DNA of 64,000 nucleotides from an uncultured virus (IMG/VR IMGVR_UViG_3300028800_000077) (IMGVR_UViG_3300028800_000077); one strand, 5' to 3'. Numbered from the stretch's first letter, positions 1-8,537 are shown. Program-made: numbers and translations. The notes: generated from the letters alone by a model not told the origin.

Positions 1-148
1 CGCTGGTGCCGGAGGGGATGGCGTGGACTGCTGGATGCGAGCCCGACTTTACGCCGTTTGCGCGGCTCTGGGAGCATGACCTTGTGTGGGCGTCCACTCC
101 AGCGCTCGCCCTCTGCGCCGCCGCCCTCCGTGCAAGGGCATCTCTCGT

Positions 149-475
149 ATGAGCCCGCCGCCCGGCTGGAAGCACTCGCCGGCCGCTCGCGCCAAGATCG
201 GCGACGCGACGCGCGCCCGGTGGCGTGATCCGGCCTACAAGGCATTCCTGAGCGCCCAGCATGTCGGCCGCACGCTCCCGCCGAAGTGGCGCAAGGCGAT
301 CAGCCGGGGCCGTTCCCTGCCTCCCATGACGGCGGCTGAGCGCAAGCACTACAGGGCGCTTCGCCCTATGATGTCGCGCAAGGAAGCGATCTACTGGGTT
401 TTGAGAACATCGTTTTCGGTAGAGGGGACTAAGCGGGAAGGCCGGAAAAAGCCTTCCCGTTCTTTTTGCCGATGA
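149..475 (+). CDS. Basic protein with NUMOD3-like DNA-binding motifs
   Basis: GWKHSPAARAKIGDA and GRTLPPKWRKAISRG resemble NUMOD3 repeats; ATG at 149 chosen as start. Confidence 0.45.
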   Translation: MSPPPGWKHSPAARAKIGDATRARWRDPAYKAFLSAQHVGRTLPPKWRKAISRGRSLPPMTAAERKHYRALRPMMSRKEAIYWVLRTSFSVEGTKREGRKKPSRSFCR

Positions 476-558
476 ACGTGTGGCTGGCCATGGCGACGTT
501 CGCTCTCGCGGCGGCGATGTGGCTGGCGATGGGCGTGTATCTTCATTGAAGGGAGACT

Positions 559-1185
559 GTGATGGCGAAGAAGAAGGCAGCGGGGAAGCGTGCGACGAAG
601 GCGGCGCGCTTCGCGGGTGACGGCGCGAACAAGGAGGAGATCGCCAAGCTGGCGCAGGCGGCCAAGGACAAGAACAAAAAGGCCGGCAAGAACGCGGGCG
701 AAGTCTCCGACGAGACGATCAAGATGCACTTGGGCCTGATCACGGAGGCGCGCAACACCCACAAGAAAAAGCGTGACGAGGCAACCAAGGCGAACCAGTT
801 CTATCGCAGCCGTCTCGACACCGCAAAAAAGGACGGCGTCGACACCGATGCTCTCGTGTGGGCGCTGAAGACGGCGGATCGCAGCGCCAACGAGTTCGCA
901 ACCGAGCATCGCAACGGCGCTCGCTACCTGCGCCTTATGGGTGCGCCTGTCGCCGATCCGCAGTTGAAGCTGTTCTCGTTCCTCGATGACGAGGCCGAGC
1001 CCGAAGGCGAGCCGCGCCTGCAGGGTGAGCAAGCCGGCAAGGAGGGAGCGCCGCGCGATTCCAATCCGCACATCCCCGGCAGCGACAAGTTCCAGCTTTG
1101 GGAAACTGGCTGGCAGATCGGTGTAGACACCGCCACCGAGGCGCTGTCGAAGGGCTCGCCCGGCGAAGGCGCGAAGCCGAACTAA
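559..1185 (+). CDS. Putative GapR-like DNA-binding protein with C-terminal RMF-like motif
   Basis: SD GAAGGGAG upstream; Lys-rich N-terminus, helical core (AKKDGVDTDAL), C-terminal GEQAGKEG..RDSNPH..S..FQLWETGW. Confidence 0.45.
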   Translation: MMAKKKAAGKRATKAARFAGDGANKEEIAKLAQAAKDKNKKAGKNAGEVSDETIKMHLGLITEARNTHKKKRDEATKANQFYRSRLDTAKKDGVDTDALVWALKTADRSANEFATEHRNGARYLRLMGAPVADPQLKLFSFLDDEAEPEGEPRLQGEQAGKEGAPRDSNPHIPGSDKFQLWETGWQIGVDTATEALSKGSPGEGAKPN

Positions 1186-1649
1186 TGGCCGAGAAACTTC
1201 TGGCCATCGATGGGAGCGGCGAAGTTGGCTGGGCGATCCTGATCGCCGGCCAGCCGCCGCGCTTCGGCACGCTCAATCTCAAAAAGATGAGCGACCTCGG
1301 CCGCCAGATGGGCGCGTACATGCAGTTCTTGAAAGACCTGCATTCCATCGAGCACTTCGACGGCATCGCGTGGGAGGGTCCGATCCTCTTGAAGCGCGAT
1401 GTCGTCGACACGCTCAAGCTGCTCTACGGCCTCGTCGGCATCTCCTACGGTTTTGCCGGCGTGCACGGCCTGCCTCACTGTGAAGTGACGCACCAGCAGG
1501 CCAAGGGCACGCTGACGGGCGATCATCAAGCCGACAAGACCGCGATGTTCCGCGCGGCCGACGTCGTCATGAAGTGGAAGGTCAAGAACCATCACGAAGC
1601 CGACGCGGGTGCCGTTGGCCTCGTGGCCTACGAAACGCTTTGGCCATGA
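1185..1649 (+). CDS. RuvC-like Holliday junction resolvase
   Basis: LLAIDG..GWA, IAWEGP, K..LTG...ADK, HHEADAGAV give the RuvC acidic motif pattern; start overlaps upstream stop (TAATG). Confidence 0.75.
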   Translation: MAEKLLAIDGSGEVGWAILIAGQPPRFGTLNLKKMSDLGRQMGAYMQFLKDLHSIEHFDGIAWEGPILLKRDVVDTLKLLYGLVGISYGFAGVHGLPHCEVTHQQAKGTLTGDHQADKTAMFRAADVVMKWKVKNHHEADAGAVGLVAYETLWP

Positions 1650-1858
1650 CGCGCCGCGCCAATCACAATCTTGTCGAGATCGACGTCGTGATCCGTCGCG
1701 AGACAGATCGCGCGTGGGGCCTCGCCGCCGACAAAGAACCGGGCGTGATCGTCTGGATACCGAAGTCGATGTGCGAGATCGAATGGGTGAGCCAAGTCAG
1801 CAAGACGGCGTTGATGACGCTTGAGGAAGACTTCGCTCAGGAGAAGGGGTTGATATGA
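1646..1858 (+). CDS. Conserved small phage protein
   Basis: RETDRAW..VWIPKS..EKGLI; ATGA coupling on both sides. Confidence 0.6.
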   Translation: MTRRANHNLVEIDVVIRRETDRAWGLAADKEPGVIVWIPKSMCEIEWVSQVSKTALMTLEEDFAQEKGLI

Positions 1859-2175
1859 CGGCGGACAAGGCACCGACTAACCACGAGGAATATCTGGAGC
1901 GTTTCCAGCGCAACAGCAAGATCACGGGCTACGGCATCGGTCGCGTCTATCAGACCGTGGCCTGTCCATTCTGCGCCGCGCCGGACTTCGCGCGTTACGA
2001 AATCCTGCAGATGCAGGAAGTCATGTCGCAGCCGCACGAATGCAAGGAATGCGGACGCGCCGCGAAGCTGATCTTCGCTCACTCGAATACCGGGGTGGCG
2101 TTCGAGATGGTCCAGACGAAGGGCGACGATCAGCCGGCGTGGCTGAACATGCCGCCGATCAGGCGTGCGCCGTGA
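1855..2175 (+). CDS. Hypothetical zinc-ribbon protein
   Basis: CPFC...CKEC; translational coupling. Confidence 0.55.
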   Translation: MTADKAPTNHEEYLERFQRNSKITGYGIGRVYQTVACPFCAAPDFARYEILQMQEVMSQPHECKECGRAAKLIFAHSNTGVAFEMVQTKGDDQPAWLNMPPIRRAP

Positions 2176-2981
2176 ACTGCGCCTGCGGCCGGGAGCTTCC
2201 GCATAGGGGCCTCTGTAGTGCGCAGTGGGCGGCGCGTCAGGGTAAGAACTATCAGCCCAAGCCGAAGCGCCGCTTCAAGGAGCACACTGCGCCAGCCGGC
2301 AATCCGCTCGTGCTGGCGGTTGGCCATCCGTCTGTGCTTGGGGGCCGCACGCTGTTCAGGAAGCGCGTCGTCGATCCTGCGAGCATGGTGCGCCTGCTCA
2401 AATCGGCCGAGCACAACAAGAAGATCGGCAGCCCTGTCGTGCGCGGCAAGCTGTCCGGCGTGCCGGTCTACACGTTGACGCTGGAGGAGCGCGCGACCTG
2501 CCCGACCGATTGCCCGCACTGGCGCTCGTGCTACGGCAACGCGATGAACTGGTCATCACGGATCGACGTGACGCCTTCGCTGATCCCTATCCTGCGCGTC
2601 GAGTTGCTGTCGCTCGCTAGGAAGTACCCGCGCTTCATGGTGCGCCTGCATGTGCTGGGCGACTTCTACAGCGTCGAGTATGTGCGGTTCTGGCACGAGA
2701 TGCTGCGCAGCCTGCCGGGCTTGCGCGTCTACGGCTACACCGCGCGCCTGCATGGTCCGATCAAGGATGCCATCCAAGAGATGAACCATCATCCGCGTTC
2801 GTGGATCAGGTACAGCGACGGGCCGGAGAAGTCCTTCCGCGCCGTCACGGTCGACAACGCAGAGCAGGCCGAGGCTGCTGGGCTGATCGTATGCCCAGCG
2901 CAGACGGGCAAGACAGATTGCTGTGCGACCTGCGCGCTGTGCTGGGCGACCGACAAAACCATCGCGTTCTTGAGGCACTGA
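2172..2981 (+). CDS. GP88-like Cys-rich protein
   Basis: NKKIG, TLTL...TCPTDC...CYG, RLHVLGDFY, YGYT, CPAQTGK..CATCALCW..IAF..H. Confidence 0.6.
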   Translation: MNCACGRELPHRGLCSAQWAARQGKNYQPKPKRRFKEHTAPAGNPLVLAVGHPSVLGGRTLFRKRVVDPASMVRLLKSAEHNKKIGSPVVRGKLSGVPVYTLTLEERATCPTDCPHWRSCYGNAMNWSSRIDVTPSLIPILRVELLSLARKYPRFMVRLHVLGDFYSVEYVRFWHEMLRSLPGLRVYGYTARLHGPIKDAIQEMNHHPRSWIRYSDGPEKSFRAVTVDNAEQAEAAGLIVCPAQTGKTDCCATCALCWATDKTIAFLRH

Positions 2982-3455
2982 ATGCTCGTCACGCTGACAT
3001 GGTCGGAGATGATGATCGCGCACGTCGTCGCGGGCCAGCGGATCGTGCTGAACGCGAAGCGCAACGTGCAGCCGAAGTTCGGAGCGCCAACAGGAGCGGA
3101 AGGCGACGCGCTTCACATCTCGTCGTGCCGAGCGGAGATGGCCGTGGCCAAGGCGTTCAATCTCTATTGGAGTGGATCGATGGGCGACTATACGGCGGTC
3201 GACGTCGGCGGGAAGATCGAGGCACGTTCAATCGTGAGACAGAGCCATCGCCTGATCATGCACAAAGAGGACAAGGACGACCTGCCGTTCGTCGTGGCCA
3301 ACGTGGCAGACGCGCCGCGCATCAAGCTCTGCGGCTGGATCATGGGCCGCGACGGCAAGCAAGAACAGTGGTGGGCGGACCCGCAGAACAGCAACCGATG
3401 GGCCTACTTCATCCCTCAGTCTGCGCTGAATCGGATGGACGACTTGAAGGTCTAG
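2982..3455 (+). CDS. Hypothetical phage protein (possible PD-(D/E)xK-like fold)
   Basis: AEMAVAK...DVGGKIEARS...GWI; follows upstream stop directly. Confidence 0.5.
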   Translation: MLVTLTWSEMMIAHVVAGQRIVLNAKRNVQPKFGAPTGAEGDALHISSCRAEMAVAKAFNLYWSGSMGDYTAVDVGGKIEARSIVRQSHRLIMHKEDKDDLPFVVANVADAPRIKLCGWIMGRDGKQEQWWADPQNSNRWAYFIPQSALNRMDDLKV

Positions 3456-3645
3456 TGGCGGGAAGGTGAACTTTCGCCGCCTCGTAGTGCTGCAGGTGAT
3501 AGCAGTGCCGGCAGCGGTCCCAGTAGATGAAGTAGTACGGCTGGCCGGGCTTGGGCTTCCAAGCCGGCGTGTGCTCGTAGCGCTGCATCGGCTTGAAGCA
3601 CTTGCGGCACGCCAGACCGCCGGTGATCGGACGCGCCTTTTTCAT
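3409..3645 (-). CDS. Small zinc-finger protein
   Basis: CRKC..PMQR.EH...YWDRCRHC; last gene of the minus-strand Ro operon. Confidence 0.5.
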   Translation of the reverse strand: MKKARPITGGLACRKCFKPMQRYEHTPAWKPKPGQPYYFIYWDRCRHCYHLQHYEAAKVHLPATRPSSRPSDSAQTEG

Positions 3646-3839
3646 TTGATGAGACGGCGCATTGCCGCTTGCAGTTCTTCGCCGGAAAGGCGACGCCCGG
3701 TGCTGGCGGGGCCGAACGATGTCGATCCATGGAGCGGCTTGTTGCGGGCCGACGCCTTGGCCTTGCGCTCCTCTCGCTCGCGGTCTGGATCGCTTTGCAG
3801 GATGGCGCGGACTTCCTTGCGCAGTCGTGGACGCTTCAT
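3642..3839 (-). CDS. Small basic hypothetical protein
   Basis: ATG at 3839 overlaps upstream stop; coupled to the downstream gene. Confidence 0.4.
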   Translation of the reverse strand: MKRPRLRKEVRAILQSDPDREREERKAKASARNKPLHGSTSFGPASTGRRLSGEELQAAMRRLIK

Positions 3840-3997
3840 TTCACCCTCGACGCCAGACACCGCAAGGCCACCAGCACGCTTGCCGGTGGCCCGTTTTTCT
3901 CCCAACGCCAGACAGTGATCTTGTCGACCATCATCTCGGCAGCGAGCTTCCGCCGCCAGCCATCCGCGCCGTAGCGGACGACTGACAGGCGGCGCAT
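3836..3997 (-). CDS. Small Cro-like helix-turn-helix protein
   Basis: YGADGWRRKLAAEMMVDKITVWRWE matches an HTH pattern; starts 4 nt after the Ro60 stop. Confidence 0.6.
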   Translation of the reverse strand: MRRLSVVRYGADGWRRKLAAEMMVDKITVWRWEKNGPPASVLVALRCLASRVK

Positions 3998-4001
3998 CTC
4001 G

Positions 4002-5402
4002 CTACACGAGCGAGGCGGTTTCGATCTCGTGCATGAAGGCGAAGACCGCCTCGCTGAAGCCATCGATGTGCGTCCACTTCCCATAGCCCACGCCGTTCTT
4101 CGCGGAGGCGACGTTGATCATGTAACCCCGGCCCTTCGGATCGGGGAGCGTCTTCACGTTGCCGTGCAGGCGGTTGAAACCGTAGAGGCTGCTGGCCGAG
4201 CCGGTCGCCTGCTCGTCCGTCACCACAACGACGCGGTCGTAGTCGACGTGCGCGTTCAGGTGCGCGATGGAGTCGAACAGGAACGTGCCCTGATGCGGCT
4301 GGCTGTTCTTCAGCACATCCACGCCTGCCATGCCACGACGCGCCGGCACTTCAACCGTGCTGTTCGAGAACGAGAACATGCGGACGGCGTCGGCCGGAAA
4401 CATCGAGGCCAAAGCGCAGGCAGCATCCATGCGCGTCAGGTCCGACTTCGCCGACAGCTTCTCGTTCATCGAGTCCGACACGTCGACCACAACAGCCGTG
4501 CGGCCCGGCAGCTTGGGCATCGAGCCGATGCTGGCGATCAGCGCCGCATCAAGCTCGCGCTCGAAGCGGGGAGCCGCACGCGCCGCCGCGACGTAGCGGA
4601 ACGGCAGCACCATCTCGGCACCGCCCTTCTGTGCCACGATGGCCTCGCGCACCAGCGTCTCGTCGCAGCCGGCCTCGACCATGTTGCGCAGGTTGCGCAG
4701 CAGAGCGAGGTAGCCCAGCTTGCCCTCGCGGATCAGGCGCTCGAACGTGTCCTTCTTGCTCGCGCCTCCAGACAGGTTCGTCTCCCAAGTGTCAGGCGTC
4801 TCCAGCTTGCGCTCGGCGATGCGCTTGTAGAGCGCCGCGCGCTCGTCGTCGGCCGGCTCGGGATGCACGAGGAACATCACGTCGCGCAGCTTCACGGCAC
4901 CTTCGCGGTCGTACTTCGCGAAGTGGTATTCCTTGAAGTTGCCGAAGGCAGCCGCGAGGCCGCGCTTCATCTGCGCCGTGAGATCGCGCTGCTTCTGCGT
5001 CTGTCCAGCCTTCGGCTTCGTGGGCGGATTGGCCTTCCAGTAGAGCGAAATGAACTCGGCCATGTCGTCGACGCGGCGGATCACGTGCGGGATCGCATCG
5101 CCAAGGATCGGCGTGCCCGAGCCCGTCTTGGCCAGCGCCACGAGCAACCACAACGGCACGTGCCGCAGCTTGAACTGATTGCGCGCCTGAATGGCCAGCG
5201 CCGCCAGATCGGCGGGCGGCACGGCGAGCGCGAGTTCGCGGATGCGGTCGGCGACGCTGACGCCGTCCTCGTAGTGCTCGTCCTCCCAAAGCATGCACGA
5301 CAGGACAGAGCGACGGAGCGCCTGCATCGTGGTCATGCGAGCGGCCGGAGCACCCTCGGCCGTCTTCTCGGTGAACTTCAAAGCCTTGTTGGTACGAGCC
5401 AT
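4002..5402 (-). CDS. rsr: Ro60/Rsr TROVE-domain RNA-binding protein with C-terminal vWA domain
   Basis: EGAPA, LRRSVLSCMLWED..YEDG, KYDREGAVKLRDV, TPDTWE, ALLRNLRN, VLPFRY, vWA MIDAS DVSDSM, VTDEQ, IDGFSE; purine-rich SD GAAGGGAAG. Confidence 0.93.
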   Translation of the reverse strand: MARTNKALKFTEKTAEGAPAARMTTMQALRRSVLSCMLWEDEHYEDGVSVADRIRELALAVPPADLAALAIQARNQFKLRHVPLWLLVALAKTGSGTPILGDAIPHVIRRVDDMAEFISLYWKANPPTKPKAGQTQKQRDLTAQMKRGLAAAFGNFKEYHFAKYDREGAVKLRDVMFLVHPEPADDERAALYKRIAERKLETPDTWETNLSGGASKKDTFERLIREGKLGYLALLRNLRNMVEAGCDETLVREAIVAQKGGAEMVLPFRYVAAARAAPRFERELDAALIASIGSMPKLPGRTAVVVDVSDSMNEKLSAKSDLTRMDAACALASMFPADAVRMFSFSNSTVEVPARRGMAGVDVLKNSQPHQGTFLFDSIAHLNAHVDYDRVVVVTDEQATGSASSLYGFNRLHGNVKTLPDPKGRGYMINVASAKNGVGYGKWTHIDGFSEAVFAFMHEIETASLV

Positions 5403-5447
5403 GATCATCTTCCCTTCATCAAATTGAGAGTGACCCGGCAACAGTGC

Positions 5448-5582
5448 AGTGCAGGAACAAACGAAGACGGTAACGTGTGCGCTCTAACCGCTGAGCTACG
5501 CCGAAGATTGCCTCCGGCGACGGGACTCGAACCCGCGACCTCACCCTCCAATGGGAAGTAACCGTTCTCTACGCCATGCACT
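5448..5582 (-). ncRNA. yrlA: Y RNA, YrlA-type with permuted tRNA-like module (fifth of 5 in transcription order)
   Basis: Minus strand: terminal stem AGUGCA/UGCACU, handle UGGCGUAG..CGGUUACUUC/UUGUUCC, T-arm GCGGG-UUCGAGU-CCCGU, loop-closed acceptor-like stem, then D-arm UAGCUCAGCGGUUAGAGC; adjacent to Ro60. Confidence 0.88.
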
Positions 5583-5590
5583 ACATCGAA

Positions 5591-5721
5591 GCCGGGGAAC
5601 AAGCGATGACGGCACTGCCCTTGCGGGCTTTCCTTGCTCTACCACTGAGCTACCGAGGCGTTAGCCCCGAGGCGGGATCGAACCGCCGCACTAAGAAGTA
5701 GCCGTAACCTACGCCACCGAC
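5591..5721 (-). ncRNA. yrlA: Y RNA, YrlA-type (fourth of 5)
   Basis: Same handle; T-arm GGCGG-UUCGAUC-CCGCC, stem UCGGGGC-UAAC-GCCUCGG, D-arm UAGCUCAGUGGUAGAGC, extra GCCC-GCAA-GGGC hairpin. Confidence 0.85.
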
Positions 5722-5750
5722 GAACTCTACGCACTCGAACGCGCCTCGAA

Positions 5751-5833
5751 GTTGGGGAACAATCGTCGCCTGCGATGCTGGCCTTGCGGCCACACTTTAC
5801 AAGAGTGATGCAACAGACAACTACGCCACCAAC
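5751..5833 (-). ncRNA. Y-RNA-like unit without tRNA module (third of 5)
   Basis: GUUGG-UGGCGUAG ... AUUGUUCC-CCAAC; internal UGGCC-GCAA-GGCCA hairpin. Confidence 0.75.
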
Positions 5834-5842
5834 CATCTCAAA

Positions 5843-5953
5843 TCCGGGGAACAATCGGCGCATCGTGCTTAGAGGATTTGAACCTCCGTGCCGGCTGCGA
5901 CTGCTCGCCCCGGCACTCACACCAACGAAGTAACGACGACCTACGCCACCGGA
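5843..5953 (-). ncRNA. Y-RNA-like unit with GC hairpin plus T-arm (second of 5)
   Basis: UCCGG-UGGCGUAG..CGUUACUUC ... AUUGUUCC-CCGGA; GUGCCGG/CCGGCAC stem followed by GGAGG-UUCAAAU-CCUCU. Confidence 0.78.
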
Positions 5954-5964
5954 CAAATCTCGAA

Positions 5965-6030
5965 GCCGAGGAACAAACTCAAGCGGTGCTTTTTCAATTG
6001 CATGAAGTAACCGCCCGATACGCCATCGGC
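5965..6030 (-). ncRNA. Minimal Y-RNA-like unit (first of 5)
   Basis: GCCGA-UGGCGUA..GCGGUUACUUC ... ACCGC..UUUGUUCC-UCGGC, 66 nt. Confidence 0.72.
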
Positions 6031-6036
6031 AGCGAC

Positions 6037-6065
6037 GGTTTAATTGCAGAATGCAATTCGGTCAA
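6037..6065 (-). promoter_or_regulatory. Sigma70-like promoter for the Y RNA-Ro60 operon
   Basis: Minus strand TTGACC-N17-TAAACC ending 6 nt before the first RNA unit; the AATTGCA-GAA-TGCAATT palindrome (6042-6058) spans the spacer. Confidence 0.6.
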
Positions 6066-6272
6066 CCCTCAAAATGAAAAGGGCCACCGACAGGGTGGCC
6101 CCTCACCGCTACCTCGCCAACTTCAACGCGAGGATGCACTTTGCGGAAAATGTAACTGGCCTCTACGCTTGGGTGCTCTACATGGCGGCCTCCGGGCTGC
6201 GGGACGCTCGGCCATCAACCTGCGTCAACTCCCGCAATTTGCGCGTCTCACCGGATGTTCGCAAGATTGGCG

Positions 6273-6468
6273 TTGCAAAAAAGTGACGGTCGGGCGCATG
6301 ATCCGCCCCGAAAAGCAGAATGCCTCGGCTTGTGAGGCCGAGGCATTCAAGGGACCGGCGACTGTGGACCGCGCGGCACCTGAGAGGGAGGGATGAAACT
6401 CCCAAGGGCTTGAATATAAGCCCAGCTTCTCCGTTGTCCATCGCGTTTTGACCGGATGCGGGGGCACC
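6273..6468 (+). promoter_or_regulatory. Putative promoter and structured leader of the replication operon
   Basis: TTGCAA-N18-CATGAT (6273-6302); perfect 12-bp hairpin 6318-6348; further hairpins GGGAG/CTCCC and GGGCTT/AAGCCC. Confidence 0.4.
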
Positions 6469-7695
6469 ATGAGCTACACAAAGCTGTTTAACACGCTGCT
6501 TACCTCGACAATTTGGAATGAAGACAATGAGACTCGCATTGTGTGGATCACGATGCTGGTCATGGCTGACCGTAACGGCGAGGTATTAGGGACCATTCCG
6601 GGGCTTGCCCATATGGCGCGAGTTTCGCCCGAAGCCTGTCGGCGCGCTTTGACGAAGTTTATGTCGGCCGATCTTTACTCTCGGACGCAAGACGCTGAGG
6701 GCCGCCGCATCGAGGAGATCGATGGTGGCTGGGTTCTTTTGAATCACGCAAAGTATCGAGAGATGGCCAGCAAGGAGCAATCCCGCACGGCCAATGTGGA
6801 GCGCCAGAGGCGCTACCGCGAAAAGACAGCCGGGCTTGCCGGCCCTAACAGGCTTTGCGCCTACTGCGGCGAAAAGGCCACGGGGGCTGATCACGTAATT
6901 CCCAAGACGAAGGGAGGAGGAGACGGGCCGCACAACACCGTGGCGGCTTGTGGACGTTGCAATGTCTACAAGGGAGCGCGTGACCTTGTTGATTTCCTTA
7001 ATGACTTCACGTTGCCATTCAAAATCGACCGCGAGAGGGTCTTGTCGCATCCCCTTTTGGCGAAAATCGTAACGACCTGTAACGGTTCGTTCGTCGCCGT
7101 AACGCAAGGGAGGGACATAGCAGAAGCAGATACAGAAGCAGATACAGAAGCAAAGAATAAAATATCGGGTGCTAACGCACCCTCGTCATCTGGCGATGAC
7201 CGCCAGCGCCCGTTCAACCTCGCATTGCCGACGCGCAAGTCGATCATCGAGGAGGCGGTGGACTGCTGGAATGAGTTCGCCGTGAAAAGCAACTGGCCGA
7301 AGGTCAACAACGGAAAGCTGTCGACGGCGCGTCGTACCAGCCTCAAGGCGCGCATGGAGGAGATTGGCGGCATCGAGGGCTGGCGCATCGCGGTGGCGCG
7401 TGCGGCCAAGAGCGACTTCCTCTGCGGTCGCACTGGGCGCGGCGACGGTCACGAGAACTGGCGCTTCGACTTCGACGACATGATCAAGGCGAAGTTCTTC
7501 ACGCGGATTATGGAGGGCAAGTACGACGGCAGTGGCGCGAAGCCGAAAGTCGACGGCGCTCACGAAGGCATTCAGCAGGCGATGACGCCTCGCACCTACG
7601 AACAGCAGATGGAGGATTTTTTCAATGGCCAACGAGATCACGACGGCGAAGGCGCAACCATCATTGAGGGAACCTATGAGACGAGCGCTGGCTGA
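6469..7695 (+). CDS. Phage replication initiator with internal HNH domain
   Basis: N-terminal YTKLF...STIW.E..TRIVWITML..AD..G.V (replisome-organiser style); CAYCG..DHVIPK.KGG...N.VAACGRCN..KG; EADTEADTEA linker; C-terminal DFLCG..WRFDFD..I....FTRIMEGKY. Confidence 0.75.
   Translation: MSYTKLFNTLLTSTIWNEDNETRIVWITMLVMADRNGEVLGTIPGLAHMARVSPEACRRALTKFMSADLYSRTQDAEGRRIEEIDGGWVLLNHAKYREMASKEQSRTANVERQRRYREKTAGLAGPNRLCAYCGEKATGADHVIPKTKGGGDGPHNTVAACGRCNVYKGARDLVDFLNDFTLPFKIDRERVLSHPLLAKIVTTCNGSFVAVTQGRDIAEADTEADTEAKNKISGANAPSSSGDDRQRPFNLALPTRKSIIEEAVDCWNEFAVKSNWPKVNNGKLSTARRTSLKARMEEIGGIEGWRIAVARAAKSDFLCGRTGRGDGHENWRFDFDDMIKAKFFTRIMEGKYDGSGAKPKVDGAHEGIQQAMTPRTYEQQMEDFFNGQRDHDGEGATIIEGTYETSAG
7068..7165. 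repeat. Probable replication origin (iterons plus AT-rich tract) inside the initiator gene
   Basis: GTAACG x3 (7068-7104), CAGAAGCAGATA x2.7 (7121-7152), then AAGAATAAAATAT. Confidence 0.5.
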
Positions 7696-8500
7696 TAACC
7701 TGCGGCTCGATAATGCAGACATCCCGTGGTCGCCTCCGAAAGTGTTGCCATCGAGTGCCGATCTTCGCGAGGGCATCGCGACGTTGAAGGAGCTTCTGAC
7801 GCCAGCGCCTCGGCCGCACATCCTGTTCTGCTACGGCACGCTGCTGAGTTCGTTCGAGCCGAACGTGAAGGCCGAGCCGGCAAAGGCGCAGATGCGCGCT
7901 GAAGCATGGATCGAGGCGACGGGTGACATCCCTGCCGACTTGTGGACGTTGGCGACGAAGGAAGCGCTGCGCTCGTTCAAGTTCATGCCGAGGCCGGTCG
8001 AGATCAGGGCGCTGATCGACAATCGGTTGACCGAGCGTCGCAACTTCCTCGCTCGCGCCGAGCGCATGTTGTCGGTGAGCGGCCCGAAGGACGCGCCGTT
8101 TGTCGAGGACACCGAGGAGGTGAAGTTGAGGACCATCCTCAAATGGAAAAAGGCGGCGAACAAATGGGCCGAGGCTGCGCCGCTTGAGATCAGGTTGGCG
8201 AAGCTCGAAGGGCGCGAGCCTGAAAGCTGGGTGCTTGATGGTGGGGCGCGGAACATGAGCCCGGTGATCTCCGACCGTCCGCCGCTGCCGGAGCCGAGCC
8301 CGCGCATGCGAGCGGCCACCTTGCGAGCGGCGGCACGCAATCACGAAAAGGATCGGCCGGCTTATGCCGCTCTTCTGAACAGGCAGGCCGACCTGATCGA
8401 CCCGCCGACGATCCCTGCCGGATCGCACGCGCACCCTGCCGCGCCAGTGCCGGCGCAGGCCGATGCAGAGCCGGTGTACGATGCGGGCGCAGACGAATAG
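7625..8500 (+). CDS. Putative helicase loader/inhibitor (G39P-like position and motif)
   Basis: Directly after the initiator; AW...TGDIPADLW..A...ALRSFKFMPRPVEIR. Confidence 0.5.
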   Translation: MANEITTAKAQPSLREPMRRALADNLRLDNADIPWSPPKVLPSSADLREGIATLKELLTPAPRPHILFCYGTLLSSFEPNVKAEPAKAQMRAEAWIEATGDIPADLWTLATKEALRSFKFMPRPVEIRALIDNRLTERRNFLARAERMLSVSGPKDAPFVEDTEEVKLRTILKWKKAANKWAEAAPLEIRLAKLEGREPESWVLDGGARNMSPVISDRPPLPEPSPRMRAATLRAAARNHEKDRPAYAALLNRQADLIDPPTIPAGSHAHPAAPVPAQADAEPVYDAGADE

Positions 8501-8506
8501 CGGCCC

Positions 8507-8537
8507 TTGCAAAATGAGAAAGCGTCCTCATATTGAG
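8507..8537 (+). promoter_or_regulatory. Repeated early promoter/operator box, copy 1
   Basis: TTGCAAAATGAG-N8-CTCATATTGAG. Confidence 0.75.

Noticed and set aside
4029..5561. Long alternative-strand ORFs (e.g. 4029-5561 +, 39090-41138 -, 33418-34989 -, 48181-49716 -)
   Set aside because: Antisense shadows of well-supported genes in high-GC DNA with no recognisable motifs
5448..6030. CRISPR array or canonical tRNA cluster
   Set aside because: Units are self-pairing with variable lengths and no cas genes are present; the T-arm precedes the D-arm and there is no anticodon arm in canonical position or CCA end, which fits YrlA-type Y RNAs
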